Of a stretch of DNA of 32,000 nucleotides, positions 8,151 to 17,158 are shown piece by piece. Numbering within the stretch: position 1 is the first letter of the stretch; every line of letters starts with the position of its first letter. Source of the stretch: Synechococcus sp. A15-24 (GTDB lineage: Bacteria; Cyanobacteriota; Cyanobacteriia; PCC-6307; Cyanobiaceae); assembly GCF_014280195.1 (NCBI RefSeq), contig NZ_CP047960.1:1260001-1292000 (forward strand). Direction: 5' to 3'. The notes under the pieces are model-generated. The model saw nothing but the letters and a program-made list of their open reading frames with translations. It was not told the DNA's origin and made no database searches. The position numbers were made by a program, and so were the translations under genes.

Positions 8151-8477
8151 TCAGGGCAACTGGCTGATCACCCGCACGTTCTGATCGGGCTCGTAGCGGG
8201 CAATCCACAGGCGCAGCTGGGATTCCTCTTCATCCGTGCGGGTGCAGGCAAATCCATAGCGGGCACGAACCCGTTCGGAGGCGGCCCGCAGTGCCCTGAC
8301 ACCCAACGATTCCAGTTCCGACACCCGAAATGAATCTCCGGGTTTCAGATACTCAAGAATCACAGTTGATGGTGAATACAACGTGCTGGATTGGCCATCC
8401 GGCCATTCCAACTGAAAGCGAACCTCAGGCATCCATCCGTACACATTTGGTGGATCCTGCAACAGGCCATTCGGCAT
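8151..8477 (-). CDS. Small Nit1C-cluster protein (MSMEG_0570-like)
   Basis: The start is reassigned to the internal ATG at 8477 (MPNGLLQDPP...), which leaves a 7-nt gap after the upstream gene instead of a 92-nt overlap. The assignment rests on its position in the cluster. Confidence 0.6.
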   Translation of the reverse strand: MPNGLLQDPPNVYGWMPEVRFQLEWPDGQSSTLYSPSTVILEYLKPGDSFRVSELESLGVRALRAASERVRARYGFACTRTDEEESQLRLWIARYEPDQNVRVISQLP

Positions 8478-8484
8478 CGCTGTC

Positions 8485-9462
8485 TCATCCGCCACAGCCG
8501 AATCCGGTGAGTCCGCTCGCCCCCTCCCAGAGGCAATCCAACGCCCCGGAGCGCTGCAGCAGCACCCGGCATTCACCGGTGCTGAAGCGACCGATCCGAC
8601 AGCAGATCAGGTCCGGATCGCCCTGCAGCATCCGCACCAGGGTTGGAGTCCGGGACGGATCCACGGCCAGCAAGTAGCCGAAGCTCGGGAAACAGCTGAG
8701 CCAGGCCTGTTCCTCCACCCCATCAGGGCGGTCCACCGCATCCAGATCGATGCTGAGCTCCAAGCCACACGCTTCGGCAAACATCACCGACGTTCCCGTC
8801 AGTCCACCCATGCTGATGTCCTTGGCAGCGCGCACCAGGCCCTCAGCCGCCAGTGCCGGCAGCAGGCCCAGATGGGAGCGCAGTCGAGCTGGGGTGGCAT
8901 GGGTGGCCGCATCCCAGAAGGGGTAATGGCGGTAGAAGGCTCCGCTTTTGTTCACGAGCATCCACAGTTCGTCGCCGGGTGCTGCAACCCGGGCGGAGAG
9001 CACCGGCCCCTCTGCCACCCCAAGAACGGCAACCGACAAGGCTGTGTAGGGACTCTGCAGATTGGAATGCCCCCCCACCATCGGCACTCCGAAGCGCTCA
9101 CAGGCGAATCGCATACCCTCCAGCAGAGGCTGCAACGCATCGGCACCACCACTCCAGACACTGTTGACCAACGCCAGCGGTCGACCGCCCATCGCCGCGA
9201 TGTCGCTCAGATTCACCAGCACACCGCTCCAGCCGGCAAACCACGGGTCCTCCTCCACCAGCCCAGGATGCATGCCCTCACAGGCCAGCAACAGCTGGCC
9301 GTTCTCGCGAGGCAGCAGAGCGGCATCATCCCCCAGCATCCCCGCTGCACCAAGCTGTGGGAAAGGCTGGTGGCAAAACATCCCGGCCGCTGGCTGAATG
9401 TCGCGTTTGGCCAGAAGACCGCTGTGCAGCCGCAGCCCATCCATCAGCTCGGCAAAGCTCAT
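8485..9462 (-). CDS. AIR synthase-related (PurM/ThiL/HypE-fold) protein of the Nit1C cluster
   Basis: It shows the PurM-superfamily pattern (GDDAALL, ...NLSDIAAMGG...). The ATG at 9462 forms an ATGA overlap with the GNAT stop. Confidence 0.8.
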   Translation of the reverse strand: MSFAELMDGLRLHSGLLAKRDIQPAAGMFCHQPFPQLGAAGMLGDDAALLPRENGQLLLACEGMHPGLVEEDPWFAGWSGVLVNLSDIAAMGGRPLALVNSVWSGGADALQPLLEGMRFACERFGVPMVGGHSNLQSPYTALSVAVLGVAEGPVLSARVAAPGDELWMLVNKSGAFYRHYPFWDAATHATPARLRSHLGLLPALAAEGLVRAAKDISMGGLTGTSVMFAEACGLELSIDLDAVDRPDGVEEQAWLSCFPSFGYLLAVDPSRTPTLVRMLQGDPDLICCRIGRFSTGECRVLLQRSGALDCLWEGASGLTGFGCGG

Positions 9463-10160
9463 GCGGCAAGGGATGGCAGGAGCGAACATGACGGCCGCCG
9501 CTCCCGCGACGGCGCGTAGTACTTGAGATCGGCCTGCATCAGGTGATGCCGGATGCCACGGATCTCGAGTTCCTCAATCGAGGCCCAATTCAGACGGCGA
9601 AAGAAACGCACGTTCTGAATCTGCACCGTGGCCATGAAACGATCACAGCCCCAGCCGTTGGCGGTGGTGACCGCCTTCCAGATCAACCCCTTGCCGATCT
9701 GGTTGTGACGGCGAAAGTCGCTGTGCACCCCGAGCCGTCCGCCATACCAGAGCCGTGGTTCGGTCTCCACGATCCGAACCACACCCACCACCTGCGCCTC
9801 CGGACCGTCCTCCTTCAGACCGTTTTCCTCCCGGCGCTCCTGCTCCAGCTCGGGGTCGCATCCGTGATGCAGGGCCGCGATCGGACAGGCGATGCGGTCG
9901 AGTTCATCCCGATCGGACTGTTCGAACACGTGCTGCTCCTCGCAGAAGATGCTGCGCCGCAACGACCAGTAACCCGCGATCAGGGGCGAATCGGGACGCA
10001 GCAGGTGAAAGCTGAACCGATCCGAACTGGCGGTGGGCGACAGGCGGAAATCATCGGCGTCGATGCCGATGCCAGCCCGCACCGAAGGGGTGAACAGGCT
10101 TGGGGCGGAGCTGATGCTGCGGCCGATGCCACGGCTGCTGGGATCGAGACAGAACACCAT
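9459..10160 (-). CDS. GNAT-family N-acetyltransferase of the Nit1C cluster
   Basis: It has a GNAT acetyl-CoA loop (RRHNQIGKGL) and beta-bulge region. The ATG at 10160 lies 2 nt after the radical SAM stop. Confidence 0.8.
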   Translation of the reverse strand: MVFCLDPSSRGIGRSISSAPSLFTPSVRAGIGIDADDFRLSPTASSDRFSFHLLRPDSPLIAGYWSLRRSIFCEEQHVFEQSDRDELDRIACPIAALHHGCDPELEQERREENGLKEDGPEAQVVGVVRIVETEPRLWYGGRLGVHSDFRRHNQIGKGLIWKAVTTANGWGCDRFMATVQIQNVRFFRRLNWASIEELEIRGIRHHLMQADLKYYAPSRERRPSCSLLPSLAA

Positions 10161-10162
10161 GG

Positions 10163-11254
10163 TCAGGCCGCCTGCTCGAACAGCGACAGCGCCGAACAGG
10201 CTCCACATTTGGCGCAACCGGCCGACATCGCCTCGGAGCGCAGATCTCCTTGGTGCAGCAGCTCGGCAACCCCCTTGTAGACGTCGACCATGAAGGCTGT
10301 GTCCGGTGCCGGATGGTGCTCCAAGGGTGTGCCGGAGATCGGCACAAACGGAACCACAAACGGGTAGACCCCCAGTTCGATCAGGCGGCGGCTGCAGTCG
10401 AGCAGTGCCTCCCGGCTGTCGCCCAGGCCGGCTAGCAGATAGGTGGACACCTCTCCCCGCCCGAACACGGCGACAGCATCGGCGAAGGCCGCGTAGTAAC
10501 GCTCGAGGCTGAGCTCCGATTTGCCCGGAAGGATGCGACGCCGCACCTCCGGCTCCACCACCTCGAGGTGCATGCCGAGGCTGTCGATTCCCGCAGCCTT
10601 CATCCGCTCGTACCAGATCGGATCATCGGGGGGTTCGCACTGCCCCTGGATCGGCAGATCGACCCGACGCTTCACCGCCGCGGCCGTCTCGGCCATCAGC
10701 CGGGCGCCGCGGTCATCGCTGTTGGGGGTGCCGGTGGTCATCACCAGCTGCTTCACACCATCCAGGCACACCGCAGCTTCCGCAACCTCGGCCACCTGCT
10801 CCGGGGTCTTGCGGATCACCGTGGCGCCGTCCTCAAGGGTCTGCTCGATGGCGCAGAACTGGCAGGACTGGGAGCGATCTCGGAAGCGGATGCAGGTCTG
10901 CAACAGCGTGGTGGCCAGCACATCTCGGCTGTGCAGCAAGGCGATGGAGCGGTAGGGGATCCCCTCCGCCGTTCTCAGGCCATAGAAGGCCGGTTCATCG
11001 GTGGTGGTCACCACCGGCAGGGCGTCCTGCTGAGGACCGGTCAGGGTCAAGCCGTCACCACGTGCCGCCAGGCTGTACGCCGATGAGCCGGAGACGTCGT
11101 TGTAAACGGGCACCATCACCGTGGTGCCATCCACATTCAGGGCCCTGTGGTCAGAGGGTCCAGCCCCGCCGCGACGGCCCCGGTTTCCCTCCAGTGGTTC
11201 GGCCCGAACCCCCTTCACCTGCAGTTCGGTCACCAGGCGTCCGAGCTCAGACAT
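10163..11254 (-). CDS. Radical SAM-family protein of the Nit1C cluster (MSMEG_0568-like)
   Basis: It has a cysteine cluster C121-x9-C131-x2-C134 ([18 protein letters not shown]) and TIM-barrel-like downstream motifs. It overlaps the nitrilase stop by 8 nt. Confidence 0.75.
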   Translation of the reverse strand: MSELGRLVTELQVKGVRAEPLEGNRGRRGGAGPSDHRALNVDGTTVMVPVYNDVSGSSAYSLAARGDGLTLTGPQQDALPVVTTTDEPAFYGLRTAEGIPYRSIALLHSRDVLATTLLQTCIRFRDRSQSCQFCAIEQTLEDGATVIRKTPEQVAEVAEAAVCLDGVKQLVMTTGTPNSDDRGARLMAETAAAVKRRVDLPIQGQCEPPDDPIWYERMKAAGIDSLGMHLEVVEPEVRRRILPGKSELSLERYYAAFADAVAVFGRGEVSTYLLAGLGDSREALLDCSRRLIELGVYPFVVPFVPISGTPLEHHPAPDTAFMVDVYKGVAELLHQGDLRSEAMSAGCAKCGACSALSLFEQAA

Positions 11255-12263
11255 GGTTGATCTCCTCGATCACATGGGACATCCCGGCGGCCAATGACCT
11301 TTCGGCCATCGACGTTTCGGATGGAACCGGATCGCTCGCCATCTCCTGCATCGCTACGGCCGCGTTGCGATTGATCCGCAGCGACAACAGTTCCGGACGG
11401 CTGTAATGGCCGACGCTGTCCATCATTCGCTTGCGCTTGGTGATCAGGGCCAGATCGAGTTCGGCGATGGCCAGGCCTTCACCGTCGGGCAAGGGACCCG
11501 CCAGGTAGCGGCCCTCAGGACTGATCACAGCGGTGTGACAGCCCCCTTGAAACGCCTTGTGCAACGACGCATCTGGCGTGATCGCCGCATGGTCATCCGG
11601 ATCCAGCCATCCGGTGGAGCAGATCACGAAACAGCCGGCCTCCAGGGCGTGATGCCGCATGGTGACGGCGGTCTGCTCGCTGAAGATCGGCCCGACCAGC
11701 GACCCGGGGAACTGGGCGCAGTGGATCTCCTCGCCCTGGACCATCAACGCGTAGCGCGCCAGGGGGTTGTAGTGCTCCCAGCAGGCCAACGCCCCGACCC
11801 GACCAAGCGGGGTGGACACCACCGACAGGCCGGAACCGTCCCCCTGCCCCCACACCATCCGCTCGTGATAAGTGGGAGTGATCTTGCGGCGCTTGAGAGC
11901 GATCTCGCCGCAACTATTTAACAGCAACTGGGTGTTGTAGAGCGTGCCACCGTCCCGTTCGTTCACCCCCAGCAACACCTGCATGCCGTGCTGCCGTGCG
12001 GCCGCTGCCACCGCATCCGTGACCGGTCCGGGCACCACCACAGCCTGGTCATAGAGCGCCAGGTGGGAGCGCCCCATGCGAACCGGGGGCTCAACAAATG
12101 AGAAGTAGGGGTAATAGGGCAGGAACGTCTCCGGAAAGACGATCAGCTCAACGCCTTCGGCCGCCGCTTCGGCCATCGCGTCGAGCACCTTCTGAAGAGA
12201 TCCATCCAGGCTGAACAGCACGGGACGGATCTGGGCAGCGGCAACTTTGACAGTGGTCACCAT
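11247..12263 (-). CDS. Nitrilase (branch-1 nitrilase, Nit1C/Nit6803 type)
   Basis: The Glu-Lys-Cys triad contexts are VFPETF, RRKITPT and LACWEH. Length is 338 aa. Confidence 0.9.
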   Translation of the reverse strand: MVTTVKVAAAQIRPVLFSLDGSLQKVLDAMAEAAAEGVELIVFPETFLPYYPYFSFVEPPVRMGRSHLALYDQAVVVPGPVTDAVAAAARQHGMQVLLGVNERDGGTLYNTQLLLNSCGEIALKRRKITPTYHERMVWGQGDGSGLSVVSTPLGRVGALACWEHYNPLARYALMVQGEEIHCAQFPGSLVGPIFSEQTAVTMRHHALEAGCFVICSTGWLDPDDHAAITPDASLHKAFQGGCHTAVISPEGRYLAGPLPDGEGLAIAELDLALITKRKRMMDSVGHYSRPELLSLRINRNAAVAMQEMASDPVPSETSMAERSLAAGMSHVIEEINHV

Positions 12264-12283
12264 GAAATAGGTACGACGACGAC

Positions 12284-12766
12284 TCAGAGCGTCCAGGTGT
12301 CGAGGATGAAGGCCCCTTCCTTGCGATGCATCAGCACGATGTCGAGCACATCAAGGGGATTCACCGGGGTGATGCCCGGCATCAGCGCCTTCTCGCTGTG
12401 TCCGTAAAGCGCCTGCAGAGCGAAGCGACAGGCGTACACCTTTCCCCCCTGATCCATGAACTTCTGTAGCCGTGCGTTGAAGTTCAGGTGACCATCAAAG
12501 GCGGCATCACCGAGCTTGGGGAATCCACGCATCACACCGAGGGTGACGCCAGGGCCATAGAGCAGAACAGAGGTTTCAAACCCTTTGGTAATCAGACGGC
12601 TGGCCTGCAAAAGATTAACCAGGCCAATAGAACCTTCGAAAGCAACGGTGTGAAACGTGACCAAGGCCTTTTCACCCGGCTCAGCCTTCACATCGGGAAA
12701 GACTTTTTCCTCGTAGTCAACAAGATAATCCCCCGGCTGGTTGGCGGGACGATCGACGACAGGCAT
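12284..12766 (-). CDS. DsrE-like small protein, first gene of the Nit1C cluster (MSMEG_0572-like)
   Basis: The start is set to the ATG at 12766 ([10 protein letters not shown]...), giving 160 aa. The assignment rests on its position immediately upstream of the nitrilase and on a DsrE-like alternating pattern. Confidence 0.65.
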
Positions 12767-12897
12767 GTGAAGAAACCATAAGCACCCTAAGATTGGCTCC
12801 GGTCGGCCCACAAAAAATGTACGAAATACGACCAAATTCGAGACTGAATCAAACTGGCTGACAGCGGGAGCGCAATCAAATTCGGTGGCCTTCGCTA

Positions 12898-12947
12898 CAA
12901 CACAAGTGTTAATTTCAAGAAAAATAGAAATCTTGAGTCTTGTGTTG
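12898..12947. promoter_or_regulatory. Nested A/T-rich palindrome in the divergent promoter region (candidate operator or 5'-UTR hairpin)
   Basis: CAACACAAG (12898-12906) pairs with CTTGTGTTG (12939-12947). Inside it, TCAAGA (12915-12920) pairs with TCTTGA (12931-12936). The palindrome ends 4 nt before the flavoprotein ATG. Confidence 0.5.
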
Positions 12948-12951
12948 ATTG

Positions 12952-14262
12952 ATGCTGAATAGCGCGCATGATGGCGCCCGATTCAAGGCCGATCATGCGG
13001 TTGTGGTGATCGGAGCCGGTCAGGCCGGACTTTCGGTGGCCTACCAGTTGCAACAAAGGGGCATCCGTCCTGTGGTGCTGGAAAAGCACCGCATCGGATA
13101 CGCCTGGGATCAGCAACGCTGGGATTCTTTCTGCCTGGTCACCCCCAACTGGCAATGCCGCTTGCCGGACTTCCCCTACGACGGCAACCAGCCCGAGGGG
13201 TTCATGCCCAAGGCAGAGATCGTGGCGTACCTGCAACGCTTCGCGCGGCACGTGGGTGGAGATGTGCGCGAGGGGGTCGCCGTTCAACGGCTAACCCCGA
13301 AAGGCAGTGGTTATCGGCTAAGCACCAGCGAAGGCGAGATGGAGGCCGAACATGTGGTGGTGGCCACCGGCGGGTATCACGCCCCCCGGCGCCATCCCCT
13401 GGCCGAACGGCTGCCGGCCTCCGTGCTCCAACTCGATGCCCGTGCTTACCGCAACCCGGCGGCTCTACCGGAAGGCCCCGTATTGGTGGTGGGCAACGGC
13501 CAGTCCGGCAGCCAGATCGCGGAGGACCTGCACCTGTCCGGCCGCACCGTGCACCTCAGTGTGGGCAGCGCCCCTCGATCCCCACGGGTGTACCGCGGCC
13601 GGGATGTGGTCGATTGGCTGGACCGGATGGGCTACTACGACATGCCGATCAGCGACCATGCCGACCCCCGCAGCGTCCGCGCCAAAACCAACCACTTCCT
13701 CACCGGTCGCGATGGTGGCCGTGAGATCGATCTGCGCCAGCGCGCCACCGAGGGCATGCGTCTGCATGGCCGTCTCGCAACCATCGCCACTGACCACATC
13801 GGCTTTGCCGATGATCTCGCCGGCAACCTCGATCAGGCCGATGCGGTTTATTGCCGCATCCGCAGCAGCATCGACAGCTGGATCCAGCAGCAGGGCATCG
13901 AGGCCCCCCTCGAGCCCCCCTATTCACCCTGCTGGCAACCATCAGCGATGGCCGACCCCGGCATCGATCTCAGCCGGGATCCACTCGCTGCGGTGATCTG
14001 GTGCACCGGGTACCGCAGCGACTTCAGCTGGATCGATGCTCCGGTGTTCGATGGTGCCGGTCTGCCGGCCCATGAGCGTGGGGTCACCCAGAGCGCGGGG
14101 CTCTACTTCCTTGGCCTGCCCTGGCTGCACACCTGGGGATCCGGTCGCTTCTGCGGCGTCAGCGACGATGCCGACTACCTCGCGAGGCTGATCAGTCTGC
14201 GGCTGCAACGCCGCGATGCCAGCCAGGAGCGGCTGGAGTGCACCGCGATCCTGGGCTCCTGA
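12952..14262 (+). CDS. FAD/NAD(P)-binding flavin-dependent oxidoreductase (MSMEG_0569-like), divergent from the Nit1C operon
   Basis: It has two dinucleotide-binding motifs, [12 protein letters not shown] and [12 protein letters not shown], a layout resembling class-B flavoprotein monooxygenases. ATG is at 12952; the track's TTG is at 12949. Confidence 0.85.
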   Translation: MLNSAHDGARFKADHAVVVIGAGQAGLSVAYQLQQRGIRPVVLEKHRIGYAWDQQRWDSFCLVTPNWQCRLPDFPYDGNQPEGFMPKAEIVAYLQRFARHVGGDVREGVAVQRLTPKGSGYRLSTSEGEMEAEHVVVATGGYHAPRRHPLAERLPASVLQLDARAYRNPAALPEGPVLVVGNGQSGSQIAEDLHLSGRTVHLSVGSAPRSPRVYRGRDVVDWLDRMGYYDMPISDHADPRSVRAKTNHFLTGRDGGREIDLRQRATEGMRLHGRLATIATDHIGFADDLAGNLDQADAVYCRIRSSIDSWIQQQGIEAPLEPPYSPCWQPSAMADPGIDLSRDPLAAVIWCTGYRSDFSWIDAPVFDGAGLPAHERGVTQSAGLYFLGLPWLHTWGSGRFCGVSDDADYLARLISLRLQRRDASQERLECTAILGS

Positions 14263-14269
14263 ACTGCTC

Positions 14270-15193
14270 TCAACGCATGGAGTTGTGCAGGGCGGTGCGG
14301 AGCCAGGAGGCCATCTGTGTGTTGAGAGTGTCGACATCAGCCACCGGTTCAGCACTGAAGGGCTTCAGTGGTATGTAGCCATCAGGGCCGAATTCAGGTG
14401 TAATAGTGGCCGGCGCCTTTTCCTGATCAAACGATTCCAGAAAGAATTGCCAACAAGAGCGATGAGCCTCCAATGCTTCGGTCCACTCCGGCGCAAAGGG
14501 ATGGCTGACTGAGGGGCCCTGGGCATGACCGACCCGTGCATGGATGTGGTCGACCCGCCCTGCCATGGCCTGCACCGGTAGGAGATCAGGCGTCATCAAC
14601 CGCTCGGCAACACAACACCAATGGCTCAGGTCTGCCGTGAGCCGCATCCGTGGATGTCGCTCCAGCCACACCGGCATCTGCCAGGGGTTAGCCAGGCTCC
14701 GGCTGCGATGGGTCTCCAGCATCACGGCGCAGGGCACGGTATCGATGCGGTCGAGAACAGCCCTGAAAAAACGATGTTGAACGTCCTCAGACCAGCTGTC
14801 ACTGCCAATGATCAGATTGATCTTGAGCGGTTCCATGGCCATCGCACGACTCAGCAACGCCTCAAGTTGTTCGAGATGCTGTTCAGGACCATCGGCCAGA
14901 TTTGGGGTGTAGCCGCCCCCAGTAGTGATCTCGAGGATCAGCGCCTGCCTTCTCTTACCGAGGAGCTGCCGAACCTCCGCTGCATCAATCCGCTCCAGAC
15001 ACGAATGAACCACATTGCATTCGAGACCATCAAATCCGTGAGTTGAAGCACGGCTGGAAGCTGACTCGAGAGAACCATTCCAGCCCCAGAGAGATTGCAG
15101 CAAAAGCACCACGTCAGTGCTCGTCTGTGAACAAGTGCGGCTGGATACCGAGGTAAATGGCCTCGCGGAACAGGACTCGTTTCGCCTTGGCAT
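14270..15193 (-). CDS. Xylose-isomerase-like TIM-barrel protein (sugar phosphate isomerase/epimerase family)
   Basis: The 307-aa ORF has strong third-position GC bias and an HIHARVGHAQGP-type motif region. The true start may lie downstream of 15193. Confidence 0.6.
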   Translation of the reverse strand: MPRRNESCSARPFTSVSSRTCSQTSTDVVLLLQSLWGWNGSLESASSRASTHGFDGLECNVVHSCLERIDAAEVRQLLGKRRQALILEITTGGGYTPNLADGPEQHLEQLEALLSRAMAMEPLKINLIIGSDSWSEDVQHRFFRAVLDRIDTVPCAVMLETHRSRSLANPWQMPVWLERHPRMRLTADLSHWCCVAERLMTPDLLPVQAMAGRVDHIHARVGHAQGPSVSHPFAPEWTEALEAHRSCWQFFLESFDQEKAPATITPEFGPDGYIPLKPFSAEPVADVDTLNTQMASWLRTALHNSMR

Positions 15194-15334
15194 CCCCGCG
15201 CTGGTGAGCCTCGCGGAACCGTCTCTGAAGGGAGGAGATCATCGTCCTCCGTCTGGCATCAGAGCGGTCTGTGCTGTCCAAGGTGGGGGCACCGATCTAC
15301 CGCAATTATGCGGAGCAAGCAGGCGCCCAGTCGA

Positions 15335-15445
15335 TCAAGGCTCCGGCTGATTCTCCTTCCAACGTTCGAACAACACCGCAACCGCCAGGGAAATGGCGAC
15401 GGCGATGCCGGCACCAATGAACACCACCCCGAATTCCACCGGCAT
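15335..15445 (-). CDS. 36-aa single-TM peptide (MPVEFGVVFIGAGIAVAISLAVAVLFERWKENQPEP)
   Basis: Hand translation; the ORF is below the track's length cutoff. It has an ATG start, a TGA stop, one clear hydrophobic helix and high GC3. Confidence 0.3.
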   Translation of the reverse strand: MPVEFGVVFIGAGIAVAISLAVAVLFERWKENQPEP

Positions 15446-15484
15446 CAGCCCACTGCCATCACCACCCCATCATTGTTGAAGGGG

Positions 15485-16192
15485 TCAATTCACCAGCTGC
15501 TGGTAGGCCTCATTCACCCGACGAAACGCCTCGGCTGATCCGCCCATGTCTGGGTGGTGTTGCTTTACCAATCGGCGATGGGCTCGCTTGATCGCCTCGG
15601 CCGTCGCCCCCGGCTCCAGGCCGAGCACAGCCAGAGCATCAGCCCGGAAATCGCCGCTTGGGCGACGAGGGCCACGCAAGCGCTGGCGTAACTCCGCCAC
15701 CACGCGGCGGGGATCTTCATCCAGCCATTCACTGGCTCTAACTCCATAGAGAGCAAAGGCCGCCAGCACCACCGTGTCCTGGAGGGTTGCCGGGTTTGCG
15801 ACCGCTGCCAGCAGATCGCTCCCGAGACCATCCACCAGCCGGTTCAACCGCTGCTGCAGGTTGAGATTCGCAGGGAACCCCCGCCGGTTGAGCCGCTCGA
15901 TCAACGCCTCCAGGCCTGCCTGATCGAACTCGCTCCAACCGGGTTGCTTGGCCAGTTCATCCCCCCAACGCTGCACCTGCACCCGTCGGATCAGGTTCAT
16001 CGTGGGTTCAGGCCGAGGGCGCTGCTGACGACGCAGTCGTTCCAGCTCCCGTTGCATGCGCTGGAGCTCTCGCCGCAGGGCATCGTTCTCCGCCAGCAAC
16101 GCCTCGACGTTGCTGGTCACCCGCTGATCACGACTGCTGGTCGAGACCCCTGACGGTGGTGAGCCGGTCCATTGCCGGGGATCAAAACCCAC
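15485..16192 (-). CDS. J-domain protein with the J domain at the C-terminus
   Basis: The C-terminus reads AEAIKRAHRRLVKQHHPDMGGSAEAFRRVNEAYQQL (HPD motif). The N-terminus has a coiled-coil-like LLAENDALRRELQRMQRELERLRRQQ. Confidence 0.75.
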   Translation of the reverse strand: MGFDPRQWTGSPPSGVSTSSRDQRVTSNVEALLAENDALRRELQRMQRELERLRRQQRPRPEPTMNLIRRVQVQRWGDELAKQPGWSEFDQAGLEALIERLNRRGFPANLNLQQRLNRLVDGLGSDLLAAVANPATLQDTVVLAAFALYGVRASEWLDEDPRRVVAELRQRLRGPRRPSGDFRADALAVLGLEPGATAEAIKRAHRRLVKQHHPDMGGSAEAFRRVNEAYQQLVN

Positions 16193-16210
16193 TGCAGCCC
16201 CCAGGTCGAC

Positions 16211-16876
16211 TTACCATGGCAACACCTGACCATTGGCATGCCAGAAACTGCCGCTGGTCTCCGGGGTCAGCACATCAATGCGGGCCAGGAGACCCTGCAC
16301 GGCGTCCGAGGGATCAACTCCACTGGGGTTGAAGCGGATCATCCCGGTGCGCACCAGTCCCGGATGCAGGATCGCCACGGCGATCCCCCGGGGCTTCAAA
16401 TCGATCGCCAACGATTTACCGGCAATGTTCAGGGCCACCTTCGACATCCGATAGCCGTAGGAGCCCCCAGAGCTGTTGTCGTCAATCGACCCCATGCGAC
16501 TGGTCATCAGTGCCAGCTTGCTGCCATGCGGCATCTGCGGCACCAGGGCCCGTGCCAACAGCAAGGGAGCTAAGGCATTCACGTCGAACTGGCGGCGAAT
16601 GGCCTCCGCATCAAGATCCTCCAGCCCCATCGAGTGAAGGATGCCGGCGTTGAGAATCACGCCATCGAGCGGGCAACCGTCAAGACGCCGCACCAGCTCA
16701 TCGATGGATGACTGCTCACTCAGCTCGATGCCGGCCTCGAGCTGCACCCCCAGCGACTCCAGCTCAGGGCTGAGCTGTCGGCACACGGCAATCACCGCAT
16801 CCCCACGGGCCTGGAGCTGCTGGCAGTAGGCCAGTCCGATGCCGCGGTTGGCTCCTGTCACCAGATAGGTCGCCAT
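16211..16876 (-). CDS. Short-chain dehydrogenase/reductase (SDR)
   Basis: It has TGANRGIG cofactor-binding, NAG and YxxxK (YGYRMSK) motifs. The start is taken at the ATG at 16876 (MATYLVTGANRGIG). Confidence 0.85.
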   Translation of the reverse strand: MATYLVTGANRGIGLAYCQQLQARGDAVIAVCRQLSPELESLGVQLEAGIELSEQSSIDELVRRLDGCPLDGVILNAGILHSMGLEDLDAEAIRRQFDVNALAPLLLARALVPQMPHGSKLALMTSRMGSIDDNSSGGSYGYRMSKVALNIAGKSLAIDLKPRGIAVAILHPGLVRTGMIRFNPSGVDPSDAVQGLLARIDVLTPETSGSFWHANGQVLPW

Positions 16877-17158
16877 CAGTTCCTCGCCGTTGTCGCCCAT
16901 CCTGAGGCCAAAGCGTCGTTCGGCCTCAACGATTCAAGCGTGTCTAGCCTGAAGATGGAATCCGGATCGAGGCCCAGGCGAGACATCTCATCGGCCACAT
17001 CGCAGAGCTCGAATCGCGGTTAGCTCACCCGCAGCACTGGACCGAGGGCGAAAACACCAACAACACTGAAAAGCTGAGGCAACTGCGTTTCGAGCTGCGT
17101 CGCCGTCAGTCGTTGGGTGAGCAGGATCCACTGGAAGAGGACGTCTCTCCATCCACAC

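Noticed and set aside
16988-17152. A 54-aa - strand mini-ORF starting 7 nt after the Nif11 gene, with a CCWC motif (MERRPLPVDPAHPTTDGDAARNAVASAFQCCWCFRPRSS...). It was tempting as a RiPP core peptide.
   Set aside because: Its third-position composition is A/T-rich, unlike real genes here, and its sequence is Arg/Pro-rich and off-frame-like. A different frame over the same DNA shows the coding-like bias.
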